64,000 nt of DNA from Tannerella sp. Lineage in GTDB: Bacteria; Bacteroidota; Bacteroidia; Bacteroidales; Tannerellaceae. The notes beneath the pieces were generated by a model. It was not told the origin of the DNA and did not search any database. It saw nothing but the letters and a program-made list of their open reading frames with translations. The stretch covers positions 250 to 64,249 of the forward strand of contig JAISTS010000023.1 in the NCBI GenBank assembly GCA_031272455.1. Direction: 5' to 3'. The translations under genes and the position numbers were made by a program. Below, in pieces: positions 34,159-43,746 of the stretch (positions are counted from its first letter, which is position 1; every line of letters begins with the position of its first letter).

Positions 34159-34234
34159 GTATTTTTAACATTTAAAATGATAGCATTTCCGAAGAATATG
34201 ACTAATTTTATACTTTCATTAATACATTTTTATC

Positions 34235-35092
34235 ATGCAGAACAGAAGAACATTTTTTAAGAAAAGCTTAGCCGGCGCCGTAATGTTGGGCGCGGCGCCG
34301 CTGCTCGGACAAGCCGGAGCGGCAGTTATGGACCCGCCGAAACCGAAAGCGCCTAAAGCCGTCAACCCCTTTAAACTGGGAATGGCAGGCTTCACTTTTG
34401 TGAACTTCGACCTCGAAACAACGCTCAAGACACTGAAACGCCTTGATATGCACTACCTGTGTATCAAAGATTTCCATCTGCCGTTAAACGCAGACGAAGC
34501 AACAATCAAGGAGTTTCACGCCAAATGCGCCGAATATGACGTAACGGGATATGCCGTCGGTCCGATTTATATGAACACCGAAGCCGAAGTTGACCGCGCT
34601 TTCGAGTATGCCAAACGTGTGGGCGTCAAGCTGATAGTCGGAGTGCCCCTCCACGAATTGCTGCCTTACGTTGACAAGAAAGTCAAGGAATACGACTTCC
34701 ACTACGCCATCCATCTGCACGGACCCGATATACCGGACAAATATCCCGATGCAACCGACGTGTGGGAACATACCAAGACCCTCGACCCGCGTATAGGAAT
34801 GTGCCTCGACATCGGACACGACCTGCGCAACGCATGCGACCCCGTAGCCGACCTGAAAAAATACATCTCGCGCGTGTTCGATATGCACATCAAAGACGTT
34901 ACCGACTCGTCAAAAGCAGGTGTCGGTATCGAAATCGGACGCGGCAAAATCGACTTCCCTGCCCTCGTCAAAGCTATGCGCGAAGTGAACTATACAGGTA
35001 TGTGCAGCCTTGAATATGAGAAAGATATGAAAGATCCATTCCTCGGAATTGCCGAGTCTATCGGGTATTTCAAGGCGGTGATGGACAGCTGA
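34235..35092 (+). CDS. Tat-exported sugar phosphate isomerase/epimerase (xylose isomerase-like TIM barrel)
   Basis: RRTFFK Tat motif; AIHLHG, DIGH, HIKD, SLEYE. Confidence 0.82.
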   Translation: MQNRRTFFKKSLAGAVMLGAAPLLGQAGAAVMDPPKPKAPKAVNPFKLGMAGFTFVNFDLETTLKTLKRLDMHYLCIKDFHLPLNADEATIKEFHAKCAEYDVTGYAVGPIYMNTEAEVDRAFEYAKRVGVKLIVGVPLHELLPYVDKKVKEYDFHYAIHLHGPDIPDKYPDATDVWEHTKTLDPRIGMCLDIGHDLRNACDPVADLKKYISRVFDMHIKDVTDSSKAGVGIEIGRGKIDFPALVKAMREVNYTGMCSLEYEKDMKDPFLGIAESIGYFKAVMDS

Positions 35093-35132
35093 ATTCTAAT
35101 TAAAAATTAAATAATCCGGTAGTAATTGTTTG

Positions 35133-36200
35133 ATGATGAAAGTGATGAGGCGTATATTCGGATTTGTGTTAGCGGGCTTGCTTACAGCTTGCAGCACAGT
35201 GTATTATATGCCGATAGAAATCCTCGAACCGGCGACAATCGAATTTCCCGCCGGTATCGAACGACTGCTTATCGTCGATAATGCGCCAGCCGCGCAACCG
35301 TTAACGATAACCGGCAAAATAATGACCGCCGGTAAGCTGCAAGACGACACTCTTGTGGTTTCAATTGACAGCGCATCAACGGTTTTATGCAGTTCGCTGG
35401 GATGGCTCATCGCCGACAATTCATCATTCGCCGATATCCTGCTGCTCGACAGCAGTATCAGGCGCACCGCCGCAAGAGACGTTTTTGCCGCAGACACATT
35501 CGATGTGCATCTGACGCCGGATGAAGTTCGACAACTGTGTGAAGAGCAGGGAGTTGATGCGATCATCTCGCTCGACTTCCTGACTTACACCGCCGAGCAA
35601 GCGTATTATAAATTCAATATGAACGATGGCGAATACGAATGGGTCGAGAACGGTCTGTTTCTCGATGTCAACCTGAAAGGTGTGTTGCGAATGTATCTGC
35701 CCGGACAGGATACGCCATTTAATGTAAACAATATAAATACGACGATACATTCGCTGCTTACCGGCTTGCCGGTACTATACAGCACCTCAGCCGAAAATGT
35801 GCGCTACGCCTTCTATTATGCTGTTGAGAGCCTTGCCGAGACGGAATACACCGATTACGTGTCGCACTGGGTGGAGACACCGCGCTGGTACTACACATCG
35901 TTTGCCTCGCGCTGGCAGGAAGGCACAGCGTTTATGCAACGAGGTAGCTGGAAATCGGCAGCCGCCGTGTGGCTGTCGCTCTACAACGAAACCACGAAAC
36001 CAAAAGTCCGCGCCCGCCTCGCCTCCAACCTCGCCCTGTGTAACGAGTTGACCGACAACATCCCCAAAGCGCTCGAATGGGCTAACGAAGCTAACCGGCT
36101 GTCAGTCAACGTAAATGACACCACCACCCGCGCCCGCCAACAACAGTACGTCTCGCTGCTGACCGACCGCATTGCCAAAGCGGAACGGCTTAAAAAATAG
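35133..36200 (+). CDS. Lipoprotein with C-terminal TPR (DUF6340-like)
   Basis: Lipobox LTAC; IEILEPA, DAIISL, NLALCNE; start codon uncertain. Confidence 0.6.
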   Translation: MMKVMRRIFGFVLAGLLTACSTVYYMPIEILEPATIEFPAGIERLLIVDNAPAAQPLTITGKIMTAGKLQDDTLVVSIDSASTVLCSSLGWLIADNSSFADILLLDSSIRRTAARDVFAADTFDVHLTPDEVRQLCEEQGVDAIISLDFLTYTAEQAYYKFNMNDGEYEWVENGLFLDVNLKGVLRMYLPGQDTPFNVNNINTTIHSLLTGLPVLYSTSAENVRYAFYYAVESLAETEYTDYVSHWVETPRWYYTSFASRWQEGTAFMQRGSWKSAAAVWLSLYNETTKPKVRARLASNLALCNELTDNIPKALEWANEANRLSVNVNDTTTRARQQQYVSLLTDRIAKAERLKK

Positions 36201-36251
36201 GATTTGATTTCGTTAATTGCTATTTCGCCCTAATCGCCGAATTATTCCCTG

Positions 36252-36950
36252 TCAGTTTCGCCTCCCCCCAAGGAATATCATCACGTAATAGAGCAGCGTA
36301 GCCAGTGAGCCGAGTGCAGCCACGACGTAAGTATAGGCGGCTGAGCGCAGGGCGTCTTCGGCTTTGTCGTGCGTTTCGATATTCGTGATGCCGGCGTTGC
36401 TCAGCCATGCGAGGGCGCGACGGCTGGCGTTGATCTCGACCGGCAGGGTGATAAAGCTGAACAGCGTGGTGCATGCAAACAGCGCTATCCCGATCAGCAG
36501 CAACTGCGGGAACGAGCGCAGCAGTAACATTCCGCCGAGCAGCACCCACTGCACGATGTTTGACGAGAACTGCACGACGGGCACTAACGCCGAGCGCATT
36601 TTCAGCGGCGCGTAGGCGTGGGCGTGCTGCACGGCATGTCCGCACTCGTGCGCGGCAACGGCTGCGGCTGCCACACTGCGGCTGCTATACACAGCTTCGC
36701 TCAAGTTGACCGTATGGTTGGCGGGGTTATAATGGTCGGTCAGCGTCCCCGGCACGCAGGTAACGCTGACGTCGTAGATGCCGTTGTCGGCAAGCATCTT
36801 CTTTGCCACGTCGCAGCCCGACATTCCGTTAGGCAGCGGGATCTTTGAATACTTCTCAAACTTGGCTTTCAGGCGGTAGGATACTATCCAACTCAAGATA
36901 GCCACTCCGATAAAAATTACCCAGTACAAGGCGTTTGTCGATGTTATCAT
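36252..36950 (-). CDS. Neutral zinc metallopeptidase (YugP-like) membrane protein
   Basis: LTDHYNP, AAHECGHAVQ (HExxH), TLPVEINAS. Confidence 0.88.
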   Translation of the reverse strand: MITSTNALYWVIFIGVAILSWIVSYRLKAKFEKYSKIPLPNGMSGCDVAKKMLADNGIYDVSVTCVPGTLTDHYNPANHTVNLSEAVYSSRSVAAAAVAAHECGHAVQHAHAYAPLKMRSALVPVVQFSSNIVQWVLLGGMLLLRSFPQLLLIGIALFACTTLFSFITLPVEINASRRALAWLSNAGITNIETHDKAEDALRSAAYTYVVAALGSLATLLYYVMIFLGGRRN

Positions 36951-37022
36951 TTCGTTTTCCGTTTAAAATTACGGTTTATTCACTGCAAAAAGTGTGCCAC
37001 GTTTTTTTGGACTGTCATATAT

Positions 37023-38294
37023 CTACTCTTCATACCGCAAGACCGTCTGTTCCCTGTCGGGTCCGACGGATACGATTTTTACGGGCACCCCAAGTTCCGT
37101 TTCGAGGAAGGTGAGGTAGGCGTTAAATTCTTCGGGAAATTCGTCTTCGCTGGTGATGGCGGTCATATCTGTTTGCCAGCCGGGCAGTTCGGCATATATC
37201 GGTTGGATTTCCATTTCGGCTACTTCAAAGGGGAAGTCGCTGATTTCTTTGCCGTTGACGCTGTATGCCACGCAGGCTTTGATTGTGTCTAACGGGTCGA
37301 GCACGTCGCTTTTCATCATTATCAACTGTGTAACGCCGTTGATCATAACGGCATAGCGCAGTGCGACGAGGTCGATCCATCCGCAGCGGCGGCGGCGTCC
37401 GGTTACGGAGCCAAATTCCTGTCCGCGTTCGCACATCATATCGCCTGTGGCGTCGGTCAGCTCGGTCGGAAACGGTCCGCTGCCCACGCGCGTACAGTAG
37501 GCTTTGAAAATGCCATAGACTTCGCCGATACGACGTGGAGCGATGCCGAGACCGGTGCAGCAGCCCGCGCAGACGGTGTTCGACGACGTTACGAAGGGAT
37601 ACGAGCCGAAATCGACGTCGAGCATAGTGCCCTGAGCGCCTTCGGCGAGTATGGATTTGCCTTCGTCGAGCAGGCGGTTGATTTTATGTTCGCTGTCGAT
37701 GATATTGAAGCCTATGAGGTAGTCGAGCGCTTCGAACCATTGCTGTTCGAGCGTCGCTATGTCGAAATCGTAGTTCAGTCCGCGCAGGATAGTCTCGTGG
37801 CGGCTTTTCGCTTCGGCATATTTGCTGTCGAAGTCGTTAAACAGGTCGCCCACGCGCAGTCCGTTACGGCTCACCTTGTCGGTATAAGCCGGTCCGATGC
37901 CTTTGCCCGTCGTGCCTATTTTGCCGCTGCCTTTTGCCGCTTCGTAGGCGGCGTCGAGGATGCGATGCGTCGGCAGTATCAGGTGCGCTTTTTTGGAGAT
38001 AAACAGGCGGCTCGCGATGTCGTGTCCGCTGCGGGCAAGCGCCTCACATTCTTCCCTGAACAGCAGCGGGTCGAGCACCACGCCGTTGCCGATGATATTG
38101 ATTTTGTCCCCCTGAAAAATGCCGGAGGGAATGGAGCGCAGGATATATTTCTCGCCATTGAACGCGAGCGTATGACCTGCGTTCGGTCCGCCCTGAAAAC
38201 GCGCCACAACGTCGTAACGCGGCGTCAACACATCGACGACCTTGCCTTTGCCCTCGTCGCCCCACTGTAATCCTAATAAAACATCTGCTTTCAT
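37023..38294 (-). CDS. purA: Adenylosuccinate synthetase
   Basis: QWGDEGKGK, GGPNAGHT, EGAQG, YPFVTSS, TGRRRRCGW. Confidence 0.97.
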   Translation of the reverse strand: MKADVLLGLQWGDEGKGKVVDVLTPRYDVVARFQGGPNAGHTLAFNGEKYILRSIPSGIFQGDKINIIGNGVVLDPLLFREECEALARSGHDIASRLFISKKAHLILPTHRILDAAYEAAKGSGKIGTTGKGIGPAYTDKVSRNGLRVGDLFNDFDSKYAEAKSRHETILRGLNYDFDIATLEQQWFEALDYLIGFNIIDSEHKINRLLDEGKSILAEGAQGTMLDVDFGSYPFVTSSNTVCAGCCTGLGIAPRRIGEVYGIFKAYCTRVGSGPFPTELTDATGDMMCERGQEFGSVTGRRRRCGWIDLVALRYAVMINGVTQLIMMKSDVLDPLDTIKACVAYSVNGKEISDFPFEVAEMEIQPIYAELPGWQTDMTAITSEDEFPEEFNAYLTFLETELGVPVKIVSVGPDREQTVLRYEE

Positions 38295-38312
38295 TTCTTT
38301 TGTTCTTTATTA

Positions 38313-38792
38313 TTATTTTTCTTTCGTTTTATGATTATGTTTAAGCCGGAATTTGCATTTCGAGCATATCCCGTAGATATACATCGAGCAGTATTCCATA
38401 GTGAACTTCGTGATTTTCACGTCTTTCATCACGCGCATCACCTTGTCGTTCTTTACCTCACGGACTGCTCCGCAATGTGTGCATACGACGTGATGATGAT
38501 GTGCGGCTGCGCTTTTCAACTCATATTTAATCAGTTGCGTCGAAAACTGATGGCGCACTATGATACAAGCGTTCATCAGCAGCTCCAGAGTGTTGTATAT
38601 CGACGCCGTACTGACGTGGAAGTTATCTTCTTCGAGCTTGGTTTGCAGCGTCTCGACATCGAAATGACTTTGCAGCCGACAGATGCACTCGACAATTTTA
38701 GTGCGTTCGGTCGTCTTACGAAGCCCTTTCAGCGCAAGGTATTCGGCAAACGCCTTGTTGATTTTCTCTGTATCAATCGGGTTTGATGTCAT
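38313..38792 (-). CDS. Fur family transcriptional regulator
   Basis: GLRKT.ER, STASIYNTL, HHHHVVCTHC, C-terminal CSKC. Confidence 0.88.
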   Translation of the reverse strand: MTSNPIDTEKINKAFAEYLALKGLRKTTERTKIVECICRLQSHFDVETLQTKLEEDNFHVSTASIYNTLELLMNACIIVRHQFSTQLIKYELKSAAAHHHHVVCTHCGAVREVKNDKVMRVMKDVKITKFTMEYCSMYIYGICSKCKFRLKHNHKTKEK

Positions 38793-38869
38793 CTTTCACA
38801 TATTTGCACGAAAGGCAAATGTACGTAATATTTTTTAAATATAGCACATCGCGAAGCAAGAATATTTTT

Positions 38870-40225
38870 TTATGGCATTTTATGCGTATATACGGCACAT
38901 TCTGCGCAACGCGCCAGTTCGCCGCGAAACCGTTTTTCTATCAGCAGCGCCAGCCTGTCGCGAAGTGCCGCAAGCCGTATCTTTGCTGTTACTTCAGACA
39001 AAAATGCTATACCGAGCATCGTACGCGCCTCATTTTCAGCTATTCCACGCGAACGCATATAGAACAGCGCCTGCTCGTCGATTTGTCCTGTTGTCATCCC
39101 GTGCGAGCATTTCACGTCGTCGGCGTAGATCTCCAACTGCGGCTGGCTGAACATTTTAGCTTCGCGTGTAGTGCAAAGATTGCGGTTCGTCTGGCTGGCT
39201 TCCGTCTTGACGGCATCTTTTTCGACGAGGATAAGTCCGAGGAACGCGCCCGTAGCCGAGTCGTGCAGGACATTCTTAAACAGCTCATTACTGCGGCAGT
39301 ACGGCTTCAGGTGGCTTATTTTCGTGAAAGTATCCAACGACTGCTGGCGGTCTTGGATTGCCATTCCGCAGAGTGTCGTCTCGGCGTTTTTGCCGTCAAG
39401 CGATATGTCGAACTCGTTGCGTGTCAGTCCGTTATTCAGCGTAACAGCGCCAACGACGACATTTGAGGCAGTCGCTTGTCGGACATTGAAGGTTGCAAAG
39501 CGTCGCGTTCGGATGCTGCTCTCTTCGAGGTCGTAGAAATCGAAATGCGAATGTTCGCCCGCAAAGACCTCAACCACCTGTGTTGCAAGGAAATCCACTT
39601 CGTCGCTGCTATGGTCGCAGACGAGCAGGCTGGCTTCGGCGTCATCTTCGACGACGACGAGAATACGGCGGTTTGCCATCAGCGGCGTCGCGCTGTTAAA
39701 CACGTTTATCAGCTGCACAGGCTTGGCGAGGCGAACGCCCTTCGGTACATAAAGCGCAAATCCGTCCTGCACAAACGTGGTATTCAGCGCATTTATGGCA
39801 TTGTCGCTCACCGGCGCCGCCTTGCCGTAGTAGCGGCGGGCGATGTCGGGATATCTGTCCATAAACCTGCGCAGGCTGCCTGCAAAAACGCCCTCAGGTA
39901 AGGATGTATCAGGCGATGCAGCCTCGTTAAATATATCATTTACAACAAAATAGTGAAACGGACTCATATTTGGCACGTCGCATCTGAACACTGCCACCGG
40001 AGAGAGAGGAAACGCCAGCCGACGCAGATTGACGCCGTAATCGGGCATAAAAGCAGCCTGAAAATCAGTGTGTTTATAACGCTCATTATCAGTGTCGGGC
40101 AAACCTTTTTCGCAGAAATGACCGAAGGCTTCGTCGCGCAAATCGTTCATTATCGCGTGCGCGTGCGTACATATAATATCTTTGTTTTTCGTGTAAAGGT
40201 CAATATATTGCTGTTCCGCCTTCAT
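38870..40225 (-). CDS. sufD: Fe-S cluster assembly protein SufD
   Basis: Beta-helix; PQLEIYADDVKCSHG, FYMRSRGI. Confidence 0.92.
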   Translation of the reverse strand: MKAEQQYIDLYTKNKDIICTHAHAIMNDLRDEAFGHFCEKGLPDTDNERYKHTDFQAAFMPDYGVNLRRLAFPLSPVAVFRCDVPNMSPFHYFVVNDIFNEAASPDTSLPEGVFAGSLRRFMDRYPDIARRYYGKAAPVSDNAINALNTTFVQDGFALYVPKGVRLAKPVQLINVFNSATPLMANRRILVVVEDDAEASLLVCDHSSDEVDFLATQVVEVFAGEHSHFDFYDLEESSIRTRRFATFNVRQATASNVVVGAVTLNNGLTRNEFDISLDGKNAETTLCGMAIQDRQQSLDTFTKISHLKPYCRSNELFKNVLHDSATGAFLGLILVEKDAVKTEASQTNRNLCTTREAKMFSQPQLEIYADDVKCSHGMTTGQIDEQALFYMRSRGIAENEARTMLGIAFLSEVTAKIRLAALRDRLALLIEKRFRGELARCAECAVYTHKMP

Positions 40226-40231
40226 AAACGT

Positions 40232-40981
40232 TTAATTTTCAGCCGGTTTAATCCAATCATATCCTTTTTCTTCGAGTTCGAGCGCCAGTTCGGGACCTGC
40301 TGTCATCACTATCCGTCCCTCGTAAAGAACGTGCACTATATCGGGCTTGATATAATCAAGAAGTCGCTGATAATGAGTTATTACAATGATAGAATTTTCA
40401 GACGAGCGCAAGTGGTTGACACCGTTGGCGACTATCCGCAGGGCGTCGATATCCAGCCCGCTGTCTGTCTCGTCGAGGATGGCAAGGCGCGGATTGAGCA
40501 TAGCCATCTGGAATATCTCGTTGCGTTTTTTCTCGCCGCCCGAAAAACCTTCGTTCACGCTTCTGCCGGTCAGGTTGTTATCGAGTTCGACTATCGCACG
40601 TTTCTCGCGCATCATTTTCAGGAAATCGGCAGCCGACAGCGGCGCCAGCTGATTATAAGTGCGATGTGCATTGACGGCGGCACGCATAAAATTCACCATA
40701 CTGACGCCCGGTATCTCAACGGGATACTGAAAACTCAGAAATATGCCTTCGCAGCTGCGCATTTCGGGCGAGAGCGTCAGCAGGTCTTTGCCGAGAAACG
40801 AGACCTCGCCCTCAGTAACCTCAAAAGCAGGATTGCCGACAAGCACACTGCTCAGTGTACTCTTGCCGGAGCCGTTCGGTCCCATAATGGCGTGTACTTC
40901 GCCCTTATGCACCGTCAAATCGATGCCTTTCAATATCTCTTTGCCGTTGACCGCAGCGTGTAAATTGCTAATCTTTAACAT
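40232..40981 (-). CDS. sufC: Fe-S cluster assembly ATPase SufC
   Basis: GPNGSGKST, FQYPVEIPGV, GFSGGEKKR, LDETDSGLD. Confidence 0.95.
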   Translation of the reverse strand: MLKISNLHAAVNGKEILKGIDLTVHKGEVHAIMGPNGSGKSTLSSVLVGNPAFEVTEGEVSFLGKDLLTLSPEMRSCEGIFLSFQYPVEIPGVSMVNFMRAAVNAHRTYNQLAPLSAADFLKMMREKRAIVELDNNLTGRSVNEGFSGGEKKRNEIFQMAMLNPRLAILDETDSGLDIDALRIVANGVNHLRSSENSIIVITHYQRLLDYIKPDIVHVLYEGRIVMTAGPELALELEEKGYDWIKPAEN

Positions 40982-41001
40982 TAATGCTTATTGTTTTGCT
41001 G

Positions 41002-41009
41002 CAAAGGTA
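41002..41009 (-). promoter_or_regulatory. -7 promoter element directly upstream of sufC
   Basis: TACCTTTG on the minus strand. Confidence 0.6.
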
Positions 41010-41065
41010 CACATTTTCCCTGATAACATCAAAACTGCCTGCCACACCGCGCCGTTAGCCCGTTT

Positions 41066-42535
41066 TTATTTCTTCACCCGATAATCCAGCGCCGGTGCGC
41101 GATTGCCGAGCAGCGGTTCGTAATGGAAATCCTTGCCGCGCTTGGTCTCAAATTCCGCTTTGGCTTTTTCTATTAACTTGGGATTGGTGAACAGCTCTAT
41201 TGCCGTGAGCGAAAACACTTTAGCTGCGTTGATAAGGCTTTTTGTGCCGATAGTCGAGCCGCCCGATGCCACGTTTTGCCAGCTATGTCCGGCGCTACCG
41301 GGGACGAACCCTGCCGTACCGAAACTTACCGTAGGCACGTTCCAACTGACATCGCCGACATCTGTCGAGCCGCCGCCTGTCGAGGGGCGCTCTTCAGCCA
41401 GCGGACGCACTGTGGCTGCGCGTTCGAGTATGCTGTCGTGTTCATTCAGACCTTTGACTATGGCTTCGGCAAAGATACGCTCGCGGGCGTCGTATTTCAC
41501 TCCACCGACAAGCTCAAGGCTGTTTTGCACCACTTCCGACAGGACGCGGTTGTTGAGCAGCTCATACATCCCGCCTACTATCTCCGTCTCGACCGTCGTC
41601 TGCGTACCTTTGGCAGCGCCGTCAGCCGCCTGCCCTACCCATTCGACCAAGTCTTTGAGTATCTCGCGTTTCGGACTGCGGATATAGTATGACACTTTGG
41701 CATATTCGGGCACGATATTCGGAGCATCGCCGCCGTTAGGTATAGTGTAATGAATACGCGAAGAGATGGGAACGTGTTCGCGCAGCATATTGACCATATA
41801 ATTCATCGCTTCTACGCCGTCGAGAGCCGAGCGTCCCTTGTCGGGGGTGCCAGCTGCGTGCGCCGGAACGCCGTGAAAAGTGTAATCAATCATCATCACA
41901 GCCGTACCTGTACCGACGCTGACAGCATTTGCGCTCGAAGGATGCCAGTCGAGCACGATGTCAACGCCTTTGAACAAGCCCTCGCGTACCATATAGACCT
42001 TGCCCGCACCACCTTCTTCAGCCGGTGTGCCGAACACTTTTATCGTCCCCGCGTGCTTATTGGCTTCGAGCCATTGCCGTATGGCGACAGCGCCCGCTAC
42101 CGAGCCTGTGCCGAAGAGCTGATGCCCGCAGGCATGCCCGTTGGCGCCCTCTACCACAGGTTTGCGATAGGGCACGGTGTCTTGCGACATTCCGGGCAGG
42201 GCGTCGAACTCGGCAAGTATGCCTATGACGGGGCTGCCCTGTCCGTAAGTGGCTACAAACGAAGTGGGCATACCGGCAAGACCGGCATCGACAGCGAAGC
42301 CGTTTGCTTTCAGGTGCTCTTGCAGGGCGGCGCTGCTTTTTGTCTCAAGAAAACCCAGCTCCGGATGGCTCCAGATGGTTTTCTGCAATTTGTCATACGT
42401 ACCGAACGAGCGGTCGAGATACTCAATCGCCGCGTTGTCGAGCGGATTGTTTTTCGTTTTCTTCTGGGCGAACAGATTAGTCATAATCATCGCCATGCAT
42501 AACATCGTAATAAATGTTTTCCTCATATTGTGCAT
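41066..42535 (-). CDS. Secreted M20 amidohydrolase (AbgB-like)
   Basis: Signal peptide; HPELGF.E, EFDALPG, GHACGH, PAEEGG, WHP, GGSTDVGDVSW; start set at MHNMRK. Confidence 0.82.
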   Translation of the reverse strand: MHNMRKTFITMLCMAMIMTNLFAQKKTKNNPLDNAAIEYLDRSFGTYDKLQKTIWSHPELGFLETKSSAALQEHLKANGFAVDAGLAGMPTSFVATYGQGSPVIGILAEFDALPGMSQDTVPYRKPVVEGANGHACGHQLFGTGSVAGAVAIRQWLEANKHAGTIKVFGTPAEEGGAGKVYMVREGLFKGVDIVLDWHPSSANAVSVGTGTAVMMIDYTFHGVPAHAAGTPDKGRSALDGVEAMNYMVNMLREHVPISSRIHYTIPNGGDAPNIVPEYAKVSYYIRSPKREILKDLVEWVGQAADGAAKGTQTTVETEIVGGMYELLNNRVLSEVVQNSLELVGGVKYDARERIFAEAIVKGLNEHDSILERAATVRPLAEERPSTGGGSTDVGDVSWNVPTVSFGTAGFVPGSAGHSWQNVASGGSTIGTKSLINAAKVFSLTAIELFTNPKLIEKAKAEFETKRGKDFHYEPLLGNRAPALDYRVKK

Positions 42536-42596
42536 ATTTAATTTTGGTTTGAGCCGCAAATGTAGTGAAAAAATCCGAAATGCCAACCCCGACCGG

Positions 42597-43682
42597 CTAA
42601 TTATTCAGCCTCCAGTCGTGCGCATAATCAATGGCGGTACGCAGATTTTGCAGCGGGGTGTCGCCCGGCACGGTGCAGTCGGCACCAAGTATGAAGTTTT
42701 GCGGCGCTTCGCTCAATACCCTGTCAACTTCGGCTTTGACCTGTTCGGGTGTGCCTTTTGCGATGATACCCAGCCGGTCTAACCCGCCCATCACGGGACG
42801 GTCGAACGTCGCCTGCACATCGCTAAGTTTTATCGAAGAGCCGTCGAGATAACGGTTCGGAGCGTTGATGATGCTTGCCGTGAACGAGGTGAAGCGGCTG
42901 ATATCGGTATAATAGCTCTCGCCGTAGTCGCAGATATGCAGGATATTGACTAAGGCTTTGTCGCTTGCCGCCTGCAAAATAGCTGTGTCGTAGGGAACTA
43001 CAAGTTTGGCAAACAGCTCCGTCTCGCCGAAACCTTTGGAATTGCCGCCCTGAGTGGATATATAAAAACCGTCGGCGCCGCGGTTGACAGCTTCGGTGAT
43101 ATAGTTCACTATGCTCTCGGTGATATTCTGATAACCAGCGGCTACGGCGTCGGGATCTTGGCGCGAATGTTCGAGCGCGGCGGCGCCAACAGTCTGCTGC
43201 GCTAACGAGAGAGGCGAATAGACGGTCGGGATAATCAGCGCCTCTGATTTCAATTCCTTTGCCAAAGCGCCGATGACTTCGAGCTGAGGCTCAAAAAATT
43301 CTTTCGTATAAACGGGGATCTTCGCCCAGTCTTTCGGCGATTTGATGTCTTCGTTCAGCGGCAGCGCTATCTCGTACTGTACCTTGACAAAATCCATATT
43401 CGTCGCGCGGAAATACTGGATATGGCTGTCGATGGCGCCCTGTCCGAGCTTGTCTTTGAAATGCAGGAAAAACGCCGCCGGAACATACTTGTTCGGTTTC
43501 GACCGATCGAGTACGGCGAGCACTTTTTCGCGTTTGTTAATTTTACTTGCAGCGGCTGTCGAGGCTGCGTTTGTCGCCGTCGAGGGTTTCTGCACGGCGC
43601 TGTTGCTGCAGGCAGAGGCGCTCAGAAGGCTCATCCCGCCGACAGCATAAAAACCCGATTTGATGAAATCTCTTTTTTTCAT
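42597..43682 (-). CDS. URO-D / MtaA-CmuA fold protein with Tat-like lipoprotein signal
   Basis: KKRDFIK plus SASAC lipobox; TVYSPL, GADG, LHIC, MGGLD, ILGADCT. Confidence 0.75.
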   Translation of the reverse strand: MKKRDFIKSGFYAVGGMSLLSASACSNSAVQKPSTATNAASTAAASKINKREKVLAVLDRSKPNKYVPAAFFLHFKDKLGQGAIDSHIQYFRATNMDFVKVQYEIALPLNEDIKSPKDWAKIPVYTKEFFEPQLEVIGALAKELKSEALIIPTVYSPLSLAQQTVGAAALEHSRQDPDAVAAGYQNITESIVNYITEAVNRGADGFYISTQGGNSKGFGETELFAKLVVPYDTAILQAASDKALVNILHICDYGESYYTDISRFTSFTASIINAPNRYLDGSSIKLSDVQATFDRPVMGGLDRLGIIAKGTPEQVKAEVDRVLSEAPQNFILGADCTVPGDTPLQNLRTAIDYAHDWRLNN

Positions 43683-43746
43683 AGCAAGAAAATATTGTTG
43701 CGTTATAACACGACAAAGTTACGTACAATAATATTATTACGCAAAT

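Noticed and set aside
38797-38824. Imperfect palindrome TTTGC-N7-GCAAA upstream of the Fur-like gene
   Set aside because: One arm is just the -7 promoter element and it does not resemble a Fur box; too weak to call an operator.
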